DNA from: a virus
Lineage: Duplodnaviria; Heunggongvirae; Uroviricota; Caudoviricetes
Reading direction: 5' to 3' (one strand)
Virus record (IMG/VR): IMGVR_UViG_3300020576_002722
Span: 1 to 64,000 of that record
DNA length: 64,000 bases
Shown: positions 44,289 through 50,141 of the stretch, one piece after another
Numbering within the stretch: position 1 is the first letter of the stretch
How the letters are laid out: every line of letters begins with the position of its first letter
Position numbers and translations under genes: made by a program
The notes under the pieces: model-generated
What the model saw: only the letters and a program-made list of their open reading frames with translations
Told to the model about the DNA's origin: nothing
Database searches by the model: none

Positions 44289-44751
44289 GTTGGGTTGTTG
44301 TTTGTTTGGTGGATGCAGGTCCACCGGCCTTTATCTTCTTGAAGCGTTCGGCAAACATACGCACACCGTTGCTTATCTCTATCAGAGACGGATCTCCGTT
44401 CACTCCGACACGAATGACGATGTCCATGTGTCCGACCACAGCCCTGCTATCCCCTGACTTATCAATGACTTCCACGGTATCGCCCACCCGTATCACGTCG
44501 TCCGTCTGATGGACGCCGATGCAGAAATGGGCCAACATCTGCTCCTTGGTCACCATAGGTCTGCTGTTCTTGGCGCAGTTCTCGATGGAGTCACCAGAAA
44601 GGCCGGCTGCCCACAGCATGAATATCGGATACGTTCCATCGGCGGTAATCGAGGTCATCGATGCCCCGGCGGCCTTGATCTGTCGGATGAACTCCATCCG
44701 CTCGGCCATATCGTCGATGCGTACGGCGCATCCATCGGGTAGCTTGCTCAT
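44095..44751 (-). CDS. hypothetical protein (3' end uncertain)
   Basis: The start is MSKLPDGCAVRIDD. The frame stays open for about 190 nt into the next gene, where its translation looks non-coding (GQGGGGGRAVRSDGRR...). Confidence 0.5.
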   Translation of the reverse strand: MSKLPDGCAVRIDDMAERMEFIRQIKAAGASMTSITADGTYPIFMLWAAGLSGDSIENCAKNSRPMVTKEQMLAHFCIGVHQTDDVIRVGDTVEVIDKSGDSRAVVGHMDIVIRVGVNGDPSLIEISNGVRMFAERFKKIKAGGPASTKQTTTQHGQVSGKSDKGQGGGGGRAVRSDGRRASVATGQRYPGHPKGAHIGEAQSEHAEVRRAVVRGGHH

Positions 44752-44804
44752 GTTCCTTGTGTGTGGGCACAAAAATGGGGAACCGTTTCCGATTCCCCAA
44801 ATCT

Positions 44805-44820
44805 GTGTGACGAATAGTTA
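44805..44820 (-). repeat. 16-nt repeat TAACTATTCGTCACAC (copy 2), promoter-associated
   Basis: Identical to 41065-41080. It is followed by the hairpin GGGGAA-N10-TTCCCC and a -7-like box CATTTTTG 18 nt before the ATG at 44751. Confidence 0.55.
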
Positions 44821-44822
44821 AG

Positions 44823-45068
44823 GGCGGCCGCTCACTTCGCCCTCAGAAGGACATGCGCTTTCCGTACAGGACCAGATCGCCATTGTTGCGGATCAGGTTG
44901 CGCATGATCTCCTTCATGCGACCGGTGGGTGACTTTTTGCCATGCGTGCCAGTCCATTGTTCTACATGCCGCGCCCCGAACAGGTGCTATGACCTGTTCG
45001 CGAGCGAATGGATCCCTGACGGGGCGCGGGCTTATTGTAAGTTACGGCATTCACGAAGTACGGTCATA
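44823..45068 (-). ncRNA. candidate non-coding transcript or structured leader (about 245 nt)
   Basis: No ORF longer than 24 aa on the sense strand. It begins after the class I -7 box at 45075-45082. It contains the nested helices GCGCCCCG...[GAACAGGT-CATAGC-ACCTGTTC]-GGGGCGC (about 44952-45014) and a hairpin GCATGA-AGGAGA-TCATGC, and it ends with the hairpin GGGCG...CGCCC (44823-44843). Confidence 0.35.
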
Positions 45069-45074
45069 GCTCGG

Positions 45075-45082
45075 CAAATGTA
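45075..45082 (-). promoter_or_regulatory. class I -7 box TACATTTG
   Basis: Sense strand: TTCATACATTTGCCGAGCTATG. It lies immediately downstream of the stop at 45097. Confidence 0.45.
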
Positions 45083-45096
45083 TGAACTATTCCGAA

Positions 45097-45432
45097 TCAG
45101 TCGTTGGGGTGTTTGAACGCGTTAGGGTCCTGTCCGGGACGTGTGATCGTATTGGTGCGCAGCACGAAGGCGTACACCGCACAGCCACCCACCGGAGTAA
45201 TGATGCCGTGCGACGTTATGGTGTACCCGTGGTCGAATGCCCACCGATAGATCACATCCAGTGAGTTCTCGTCCTCCGGGGTGAACGGAACCACCTCGCT
45301 GTACTCGAACCGGGCTACCTTGATGCGGACGCGCATCCCACGGCGTTCGGTCGGCTGCATGTACGTGCCGGTGGCCACCAGTGCGTTATTCTGGTGGTTG
45401 GCCCCTCGTTGTGTCATCCTGTTCTTTCTCAT
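45097..45432 (-). CDS. hypothetical protein (111 aa)
   Basis: The start MRKNRMTQRG lies 8 nt downstream of hairpin H1. The longer track ORF runs through the RNA elements. Confidence 0.55.
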   Translation of the reverse strand: MRKNRMTQRGANHQNNALVATGTYMQPTERRGMRVRIKVARFEYSEVVPFTPEDENSLDVIYRWAFDHGYTITSHGIITPVGGCAVYAFVLRTNTITRPGQDPNAFKHPND

Positions 45433-45440
45433 TGTCGTTG

Positions 45441-45458
45441 ATGGCGATGTGACGCCAT
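45441..45458 (-). promoter_or_regulatory. conserved-loop hairpin H1 (sense AUGGCG-UCACAU-CGCCAU)
   Basis: 6-bp stem and 6-nt loop. It is one of 8 copies with an identical loop and unrelated but complementary stems. Confidence 0.7.
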
Positions 45459-45460
45459 GT

Positions 45461-45500
45461 GCGCGTCCCGGAATCGAACCGGGACGTGAACCGTTCGCGC
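45461..45500 (-). ncRNA. tRNA-like element T2
   Basis: Sense strand: GCGCG-AACGGTTCAC-GTCCCGG-TTCGATT-CCGGGAC-GCGC, then AC. It is preceded by tandem stops TAG-TAA. Confidence 0.65.
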
Positions 45501-45503
45501 TTA

Positions 45504-45752
45504 CTATTCTTCGCCCTGAGCGATGACAGGGAGTCCGTGGAACGCTATGTCGTTCCGGTATGTTTCGAGCGCCTCTGCTATCGACCTGCATTCAGCGACG
45601 ACCCCCTCGGGGGTGTGCATGATAACGCGTCGGAAGCCCCTGGTGATGGCGATGCCTCGTAGCTGGCAGGCCAGCGACAGGGTGTCCCATTTGGTCCGGC
45701 GCGGGTCCTGCTGGGACTGGTGCCGGGTCATCGAGTGGTGCGCTGTGTACAT
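45504..45752 (-). CDS. hypothetical protein (82 aa)
   Basis: The ATG overlaps the upstream stop (TGATG). Confidence 0.5.
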   Translation of the reverse strand: MYTAHHSMTRHQSQQDPRRTKWDTLSLACQLRGIAITRGFRRVIMHTPEGVVAECRSIAEALETYRNDIAFHGLPVIAQGEE

Positions 45753-45961
45753 CACTTTTCCTCGTTGTAGTGTGACTGTGCCCGTCGCAGCGCATCAGCG
45801 AAGTCCGTCTGAGCCTCATTGGTATCGCAGTAGTGCATCAGGTCGGCCAAGATGTCGCAAACCGTGTTGGCGTTGTCGTCGGCACCAAGTTCGGCCACAT
45901 ACGCATCGACCAGCTTGGCACCCATTGCCGCCCGGTCCTTGTTCGTTCTTTCGATGTCCAT
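45752..45961 (-). CDS. hypothetical acidic protein (69 aa)
   Basis: The start MDIERTNKDR follows the A/C-rich leader TCAAACCAATACCCAAAACAAC. Confidence 0.55.
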   Translation of the reverse strand: MDIERTNKDRAAMGAKLVDAYVAELGADDNANTVCDILADLMHYCDTNEAQTDFADALRRAQSHYNEEK

Positions 45962-45983
45962 GTTGTTTTGGGTATTGGTTTGA

Positions 45984-46027
45984 GCCTGCGGGCGGAATCG
46001 AACCGCCCTGAGTACTCCATTGCAGGC
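45984..46027 (-). ncRNA. tRNA-like element T3
   Basis: Sense strand: GCCTGC-AATGGAGTACTCA-GGGCGG-TTCGATT-CCGCCC-GCAGGC, then TC. It starts 8 nt after the TAG at 46036. Confidence 0.65.
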
Positions 46028-46035
46028 TGCCGGGT

Positions 46036-46461
46036 CTACGACCACTCGGTGATCAGCGCCACTTTGTCGGCGTTCAGTCCCCACGTATTCGCCCGGTCGC
46101 GGAGCCTCGACTGGACCCCTTCTACCGTGCGCGACTGTTCGTATTCCTCGCCGGGTCCATCGTGCGCCGTTTGCATGTCCACGAAGAAATTCTGCGGCAA
46201 CACCGGCAGATAGTCCTTCGCAGCTTCATACACATCATCGTTGCGTATGAATGATGTGCCGCCGGAGTTCAACATCGAATCCAGCTTGACGGCCACATTA
46301 TCCGGCAACATGCAGCCGACGGCGCAGCTTGTTCCGCCCGGTCCACGATAGGCGCACCCTGTTGCTGGTGCCATTGCCCGACGCCTCTGCTTGGCCATGT
46401 GTTCGACGATGAAGTCGAACGTTTGCTGCATGTCCATCTTCTTGATATCCTCCGTGTTCAT
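46036..46461 (-). CDS. hypothetical protein (141 aa)
   Basis: Clean ORF. The ATG lies 11 nt after hairpin H2. Confidence 0.65.
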   Translation of the reverse strand: MNTEDIKKMDMQQTFDFIVEHMAKQRRRAMAPATGCAYRGPGGTSCAVGCMLPDNVAVKLDSMLNSGGTSFIRNDDVYEAAKDYLPVLPQNFFVDMQTAHDGPGEEYEQSRTVEGVQSRLRDRANTWGLNADKVALITEWS

Positions 46462-46472
46462 TGTTCATGTGC

Positions 46473-46488
46473 GGGCAATGTGATGCCC
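46473..46488 (-). promoter_or_regulatory. conserved-loop hairpin H2 (GGGCA-UCACAU-UGCCC)
   Basis: See H1. The spacer to the ATG is GCACAUGAACA. Confidence 0.7.
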
Positions 46489-46491
46489 TGT

Positions 46492-46530
46492 GCTGCCCCC
46501 GGAATCGAACCGGGGGAGAACCATTGCAGC
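46492..46530 (-). ncRNA. tRNA-like element T4
   Basis: Sense strand: GCTGC-AATGGTTCTC-CCCCGG-TTCGATT-CCGGGG-GCAGC, then AC. It starts immediately after the TAA at 46531. Confidence 0.65.
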
Positions 46531-47022
46531 TTACAGGTCGAGTGCGTCGATGCGCCCCACCATCTTGCGGGCCTTGGCGATGTCGCCCACCGTGGCCGTG
46601 CAGTGTACCAGATGCTCGGTGAGCACCTCGATCATGTCGCGGGCCTCGCGCAGCACACCGGACACCGTCTCGAAGTCCACGGGGACATCTTCGGACTCTT
46701 CCATCCATGCCGTCTCCACATACTGCTGCTGGCCGTACGTGATCACGCCCAAGCTCACCAAGAGCTTCAGCGCGTCGTGGATGTTGTTGAAGCCCCTGAT
46801 GGCCTGCACTCGTCCATCCACGCTGCCGTACACGGTCCAGAACACGCTGTTTGCTGGCGCATCCTCTGGAGGCTCGACGCCGTTGAGCGGTTGCGTATCG
46901 GTGCCGTCATCCATGCACAGGGAAAGCTCGTACGAGTTGAATGTACCGACATTGGAGGTGTCCTTCGTGAACAGCCACCGGTCGGGGCGCTTCTCGTCGT
47001 GCATCCGTTCTACTTTGGTCAT
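46531..47022 (-). CDS. hypothetical protein (163 aa)
   Basis: The start MTKVERMHDE lies 11 nt after hairpin H3. Confidence 0.65.
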   Translation of the reverse strand: MTKVERMHDEKRPDRWLFTKDTSNVGTFNSYELSLCMDDGTDTQPLNGVEPPEDAPANSVFWTVYGSVDGRVQAIRGFNNIHDALKLLVSLGVITYGQQQYVETAWMEESEDVPVDFETVSGVLREARDMIEVLTEHLVHCTATVGDIAKARKMVGRIDALDL

Positions 47023-47033
47023 TGGTTCATGGT

Positions 47034-47051
47034 AGCGCAATGTGATGCGCT
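47034..47051 (-). promoter_or_regulatory. conserved-loop hairpin H3 (AGCGCA-UCACAU-UGCGCU)
   Basis: Identical in sequence to H8. The spacer to the ATG is ACCAUGAACCA. Confidence 0.7.
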
Positions 47052-47121
47052 GGTGGAGCCGGGGGAATCGAACCGCCCGCGAATGCGCTCTACTTGCTGC
47101 GCAAGGGTACCATAGCTCCAC
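47051..47121 (-). ncRNA. tRNA-like element T5 (69 nt, D-arm-less, encoded A-CCA end)
   Basis: Sense strand: GGAGCTA-TGGTACCCT-TGCGC-AGCAAGTAGA-GCGCA-TTCGCG-GGCGG-TTCGATT-CCCCC-GGCTCC-A-CCA. It has an extra hairpin with a 10-nt loop in place of an anticodon arm, and one C:C mismatch in the T-stem. Confidence 0.55.
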
Positions 47122-47128
47122 GCCTTCT

Positions 47129-47884
47129 TCACGATAGCCTGTTGGCGCTCGATGTTGCACCGGACACCGGCCTATTGAAATTCACATTGTCTCCAGCAGA
47201 ACGACCGGAGTTGTAGGCATCCCTGCTTCCTGCGTGTCTGCGGCTTGTCGTGGTCCGCAGCTTCACCCCAAGGTCGCCCAGATACTTCTTGTACTTCTGG
47301 ACGGTCACATTGCTCTTCACGACCATAATGGCCGTGCATGAGTTGCCCTCTGCCGCCTTTCGCTCTGCCACCATGCGACGTAGTCGTTCGGCGATACGTG
47401 ATCCCATGCCGAGCATGAACGAGGCACGCAGAGTACGACCGTGCATACTGGTACCGCCATCTCGTTTGAGGCGCTTCAATTCAGCCTGCTTCAGCTTCCA
47501 CGCCTGCTCCATAGCTCCCTGTATCATGTCGCACAGGTAGAAGGCCATCTCGGTGTCTTTGGCGGTTCCGAAGTATAGCATTTCGCCGTTGTACCACTTC
47601 GTCACCTTGGTATCGGTGAACTCGGAAATGGCAACGGAGCACGAGTTTACCACCTCAGGCCACCTGTTCATATTCACGCCCGTGGCGTACGGACGCTTTC
47701 GGGCACCGTACTGGTCACCCATGATGGACGCCTCGTCCATAGTGATGTTGTATTCGCGGATAAGGGAGTCCAACTTCTGTGCTGCCGCGATGGCCTCTGC
47801 CTCAGTGCAACCGTTGCTAACGGTACGCGCCTGAAGCTCCCGGATGATGCGGGCTATCCGCTCCCGATTAACGTTCTGTTCCAT
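47129..47884 (-). CDS. DUF2786-like protein (251 aa)
   Basis: The N-terminus ERIARIIRELQARTVSNGCTEAEAIAAAQKLDSLIREYNI resembles the DUF2786 helix pair common in phage and plasmid proteins, recalled from memory. Confidence 0.65.
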   Translation of the reverse strand: MEQNVNRERIARIIRELQARTVSNGCTEAEAIAAAQKLDSLIREYNITMDEASIMGDQYGARKRPYATGVNMNRWPEVVNSCSVAISEFTDTKVTKWYNGEMLYFGTAKDTEMAFYLCDMIQGAMEQAWKLKQAELKRLKRDGGTSMHGRTLRASFMLGMGSRIAERLRRMVAERKAAEGNSCTAIMVVKSNVTVQKYKKYLGDLGVKLRTTTSRRHAGSRDAYNSGRSAGDNVNFNRPVSGATSSANRLS

Positions 47885-47895
47885 TGTTCATGTGT

Positions 47896-47913
47896 ATACC
47901 CATGTGAGGGTAT
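47896..47913 (-). promoter_or_regulatory. conserved-loop hairpin H4 (AUACCC-UCACAU-GGGUAU)
   Basis: The spacer to the ATG is ACACAUGAACA. Confidence 0.7.
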
Positions 47914-47915
47914 TG

Positions 47916-47972
47916 GAACGGTGGATGGTGTCGATCCATCAGCACGCGTGCTCACCGGCCGGGGCACCGTTC
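47916..47972 (-). ncRNA. tRNA-like element T6 (divergent)
   Basis: Sense strand: GAACGGTG-CCCCGGCCGGTG-AGCACGCGTGCT-GATGG-ATCGACA-CCATC-CACCGTTC. It has an 8-bp closing stem, and the T-loop departs from the TTCGA consensus. Confidence 0.45.
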
Positions 47973-47977
47973 AGGTA

Positions 47978-48370
47978 TTACATTAGGCCCAGACCACGCA
48001 GGGCGCTCATATCCTTGTCGAAGCTCGCCGGCCACTTCACCGTGGACAGGTCGCGCACGAACGTCGACGCCTCCGCGTCAAGGAACAGGCACCCACCGAT
48101 GGACACCTTGAATGGGTTCGGTTGCAGCCCGTTCCACGCTGCGAACGCCAGAGGGTCACTCATGGCGCTCGGAGCCTTCTTCAGTAGCCGCATGTGCTTC
48201 TGTGGCCCGACCTTGTAGAAGGCCCTCTGGATGGCGTCCAGATGCGTCTGCGGGATGTCGCACCCGTGCTGCGCCTTGTGGATGTCCTTGGCCACGTTCT
48301 GGGCCAGTTGCAGTGCGGTCATACGTTGGACCTTGTCGGCGTGCTCTGCGTACGCCTTCGCTGTGCTCAT
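47978..48370 (-). CDS. hypothetical protein (130 aa)
   Basis: Clean ORF with the A/C-rich leader AAACCAATACAACCACAGAACA. Confidence 0.65.
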   Translation of the reverse strand: MSTAKAYAEHADKVQRMTALQLAQNVAKDIHKAQHGCDIPQTHLDAIQRAFYKVGPQKHMRLLKKAPSAMSDPLAFAAWNGLQPNPFKVSIGGCLFLDAEASTFVRDLSTVKWPASFDKDMSALRGLGLM

Positions 48371-48394
48371 TGTTCTGTGGTTGTATTGGTTTGT

Positions 48395-48434
48395 GCCCGC
48401 CGTGGAATCGAACCACGGCGTGAACCGTTCGGGC
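48395..48434 (-). ncRNA. tRNA-like element T7
   Basis: Sense strand: GCCCG-AACGGTTCAC-GCCGTGG-TTCGATT-CCACGGC-GGGC, then AC. Its first G is the G of the upstream TAG stop. The linker is identical to T2 while both stems differ by compensatory changes. Confidence 0.65.
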
Positions 48435-48538
48435 TACTGGTCGGCCAGTGTCTGGTCGTCGGGCCGCTGTTGCGACCGCTTCTGTTCAGCCTTGCGGCGT
48501 TCGTGCTCTTCGCGGAGCACCTGTGTGTAGTGCGTCAT
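48434..48538 (-). CDS. possible micro-ORF (34 aa)
   Basis: The sequence MTHYTQVLREEHERRKAEQKRSQQRPDDQTLADQ starts 2 nt after the upstream stop. The rest of track ORF 48434..48697 overlaps the previous gene. Confidence 0.3.
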   Translation of the reverse strand: MTHYTQVLREEHERRKAEQKRSQQRPDDQTLADQ

Positions 48539-48540
48539 AG

Positions 48541-48765
48541 TCAGTTCAGGGTGAGTCGTGGTACTACAACGAAGGCCCCCAGTTCCCGGTGGAACACGTA
48601 GCGTGCCCCGATAGTGGAGCACAGGCATACACGGCCCTCGGCCATCAGTACCCGTGCATAGGTGGGCACCTTGTCGATGGGGTCGAGTCGTAGGCACCCG
48701 TCTATCAGGTGCCCGTCAAGGTCGTGGGCCAGCGCTGCGGCCCGCTCTTGGTCCTTGGTATTCAT
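48541..48765 (-). CDS. hypothetical protein (74 aa)
   Basis: The ATG lies 10 nt after hairpin H5. Confidence 0.55.
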   Translation of the reverse strand: MNTKDQERAAALAHDLDGHLIDGCLRLDPIDKVPTYARVLMAEGRVCLCSTIGARYVFHRELGAFVVVPRLTLN

Positions 48766-48775
48766 TCGTCAGTGG

Positions 48776-48793
48776 ACGGCAATGTGATGCCGT
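48776..48793 (-). promoter_or_regulatory. conserved-loop hairpin H5 (ACGGCA-UCACAU-UGCCGU)
   Basis: The spacer to the ATG is CCACUGACGA. Confidence 0.7.
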
Positions 48794-48796
48794 TGT

Positions 48797-48838
48797 GCGC
48801 GGGCAGGGAGTCGAACCCCGCCCTCGGACCATCCGCGC
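48797..48838 (-). ncRNA. tRNA-like element T8
   Basis: Sense strand: GCGC-GGATGGTCCGA-GGGCGGGG-TTCGACT-CCCTGCCC-GCGC, then AC. It starts 2 nt after the TAA at 48841. Confidence 0.6.
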
Positions 48839-48840
48839 TG

Positions 48841-49122
48841 TTACTTCCACACTTCCGCCACCACCTCAGGTGGCGCATCCTCGGTCGCCCTGCACATTTC
48901 CCAACCAGTGGTGCTCAGGATGGCTTGGCCGTACTTCTCGTCGCACTTGACACTGACCACTTGCCCTTGGTGTACCGGGTTGGACCCATAGGCCGACGGA
49001 TACGCCTCAAAAGCCTCGCCATCGCGAGCTATCAGGATGGCGTGCCTCAGGCCGAACGAATTGGTGTTGGTGGACAAGATGGCCACCTTGAACTCCTTAC
49101 GGAGCATGGATGTCTGGTTCAT
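48841..49122 (-). CDS. hypothetical protein (93 aa)
   Basis: The start MNQTSMLRKEF is at the ATGA overlap with the small zinc-ribbon ORF. Confidence 0.55.
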   Translation of the reverse strand: MNQTSMLRKEFKVAILSTNTNSFGLRHAILIARDGEAFEAYPSAYGSNPVHQGQVVSVKCDEKYGQAILSTTGWEMCRATEDAPPEVVAEVWK

Positions 49123-49268
49123 CGCTTTGCTGGTGTTGGTTTCTTCTCGGTGTAGAACATCATCCCGCACTGGTAGCAGCGGAAATGGATGATGGTGCCC
49201 ATGAGTCCCATAGGCGCGTTGGTCGTGCTGCACATGGGGCAGCTACGGCGTACTCGTTGCCATGCCAT
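49119..49268 (-). CDS. small zinc-ribbon protein (49 aa, below the track cutoff)
   Basis: Hand translation: MAWQRVRRSCPMCSTTNAPMGLMGTIIHFRCYQCGMMFYTEKKPTPAKR (CPMC...CYQC). The ATG lies 10 nt after hairpin H6. Confidence 0.45.
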   Translation of the reverse strand: MAWQRVRRSCPMCSTTNAPMGLMGTIIHFRCYQCGMMFYTEKKPTPAKR

Positions 49269-49278
49269 TGTCTGTTGG

Positions 49279-49294
49279 TCGCAATGTGATGCGA
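49279..49294 (-). promoter_or_regulatory. conserved-loop hairpin H6 (UCGCA-UCACAU-UGCGA)
   Basis: The spacer to the ATG is CCAACAGACA. Confidence 0.7.
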
Positions 49295-49297
49295 TGA

Positions 49298-49342
49298 TCG
49301 CTGTCTGGACTCGAACCAGATGTCCCGCCTATCGGGCAGCGA
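49298..49342 (-). ncRNA. tRNA-like element T9 (acceptor, D-arm-like hairpin and T-arm)
   Basis: Sense strand: TCGCTG-[CCCG ATAGG CGGG]-ACA-TCTGG-TTCGAGT-CCAGA-CAGCGA, then TC. Confidence 0.55.
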
Positions 49343-49376
49343 AGGGTGCGCTACGTCCTTGGTGGCGCGGTATTGG

Positions 49377-49763
49377 TCAGCCTTGGTTCACCGGCTGAAG
49401 GTGTGCGTTCAGTGTGCGGCCATCGGGCATCAGGAAGAATTGCGGGTTGAACTCGCCCCACTTCTCAGCTTGCGGGCCAACGAGGTAGCCCTTGCCGCCC
49501 CGGTTCCAGTACACGGCGATGGCCTCTTGTCCGAGGGTTTCAGACAACCGGTGGACAAGTGTCTCTTCAACGGCATTCCACCCGGCAGCGCCAACCTCCA
49601 CTACCATCGTCGGTTCGGTGTTGCTGTTTATCGGGCCGTGAAAGGTGAGCGGAGCGTGGATGCCTGTGTCGGTCGGATACGTCCTTCGCACCGCATCCAT
49701 TACCTGTTCTACGGTATTGGTTCCGCCGTCCGGCCTGTTGAGGCCGATGTTGAGTGTGAACAT
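49377..49763 (-). CDS. hypothetical protein (128 aa)
   Basis: The start MFTLNIGLNRP is chosen 9 nt after hairpin H7, by analogy with the other units. An in-frame ATG inside the hairpin (49790) is possible. Confidence 0.6.
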   Translation of the reverse strand: MFTLNIGLNRPDGGTNTVEQVMDAVRRTYPTDTGIHAPLTFHGPINSNTEPTMVVEVGAAGWNAVEETLVHRLSETLGQEAIAVYWNRGGKGYLVGPQAEKWGEFNPQFFLMPDGRTLNAHLQPVNQG

Positions 49764-49772
49764 TGCTTGGGG

Positions 49773-49790
49773 ATGTCCATGTGAGGACAT
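49773..49790 (-). promoter_or_regulatory. conserved-loop hairpin H7 (AUGUCC-UCACAU-GGACAU)
   Basis: The spacer to the ATG is CCCCAAGCA. Confidence 0.7.
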
Positions 49791-49792
49791 TG

Positions 49793-49860
49793 TGGACCGT
49801 ACGGGAGTCGAACCCGCCGTCAAACCCCACCCGGGGCGGCCCTGTATTGCTCCACGGCTC
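49793..49860 (-). ncRNA. tRNA-like element T10 (about 68 nt, non-canonical core)
   Basis: Sense strand: GAGCCGT...CCCCGGGTGGGG...-GCGGG-TTCGACT-CCCGT-ACGGTCC-A-C. The acceptor has 7 bp with one mismatch. The D and anticodon regions cannot be drawn canonically. Confidence 0.45.
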
Positions 49861-49877
49861 AGTACGTCTTTTGAGGG

Positions 49878-50114
49878 TCAAGCTGCGTCGGGCCCTGAAG
49901 GCATTTCTACCACTTCCTCGTCCCATGTTTCTACCTCGGCCTCGGTGTCTTGGGTGAACTTACCCACGTCTGCAAGGTATTCCGCGCCTGCGGCAAGATT
50001 CTCCTTCAGTTCTTGGATGGATGCCCCGTTCATGGTGTATTCCACCTCGATAGTCAGTCTCAGTTTAGCGGTCTTCATGTTCGTGCTATGCTTAGCGCTT
50101 GTCTTGATATCCAT
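49878..50114 (-). CDS. hypothetical acidic protein (78 aa)
   Basis: The first gene of the small-gene block. The ATG lies 9 nt after hairpin H8. Confidence 0.6.
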   Translation of the reverse strand: MDIKTSAKHSTNMKTAKLRLTIEVEYTMNGASIQELKENLAAGAEYLADVGKFTQDTEAEVETWDEEVVEMPSGPDAA

Positions 50115-50123
50115 GGCCTTGAT

Positions 50124-50141
50124 AGCGCAATGTGATGCGCT
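50124..50141 (-). promoter_or_regulatory. conserved-loop hairpin H8 (AGCGCA-UCACAU-UGCGCU)
   Basis: The most upstream copy. No full tRNA-like element precedes it, only the hairpin CCGGG-AGCGATG-CCCGG at about 50148-50170. Confidence 0.7.

Noticed and set aside
47051-47121. T5 element (ending GGCTCC-A-CCA) as a tmRNA or a functional D-armless tRNA
   Set aside because: At 69 nt it is too short for tmRNA, with no tag ORF or pseudoknots. The anticodon-position hairpin has a 10-nt loop, so no anticodon can be assigned. It is treated as a member of the tRNA-like family.
43957-50141. Repeated hairpin/T-arm units as a CRISPR array or MITE family
   Set aside because: The units are separated by complete protein-coding genes of 0.2-0.9 kb, not 30-40 nt spacers. 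The repeat sequences are not conserved apart from the loops, there are no terminal inverted repeats or target-site duplications, and no cas genes are present.
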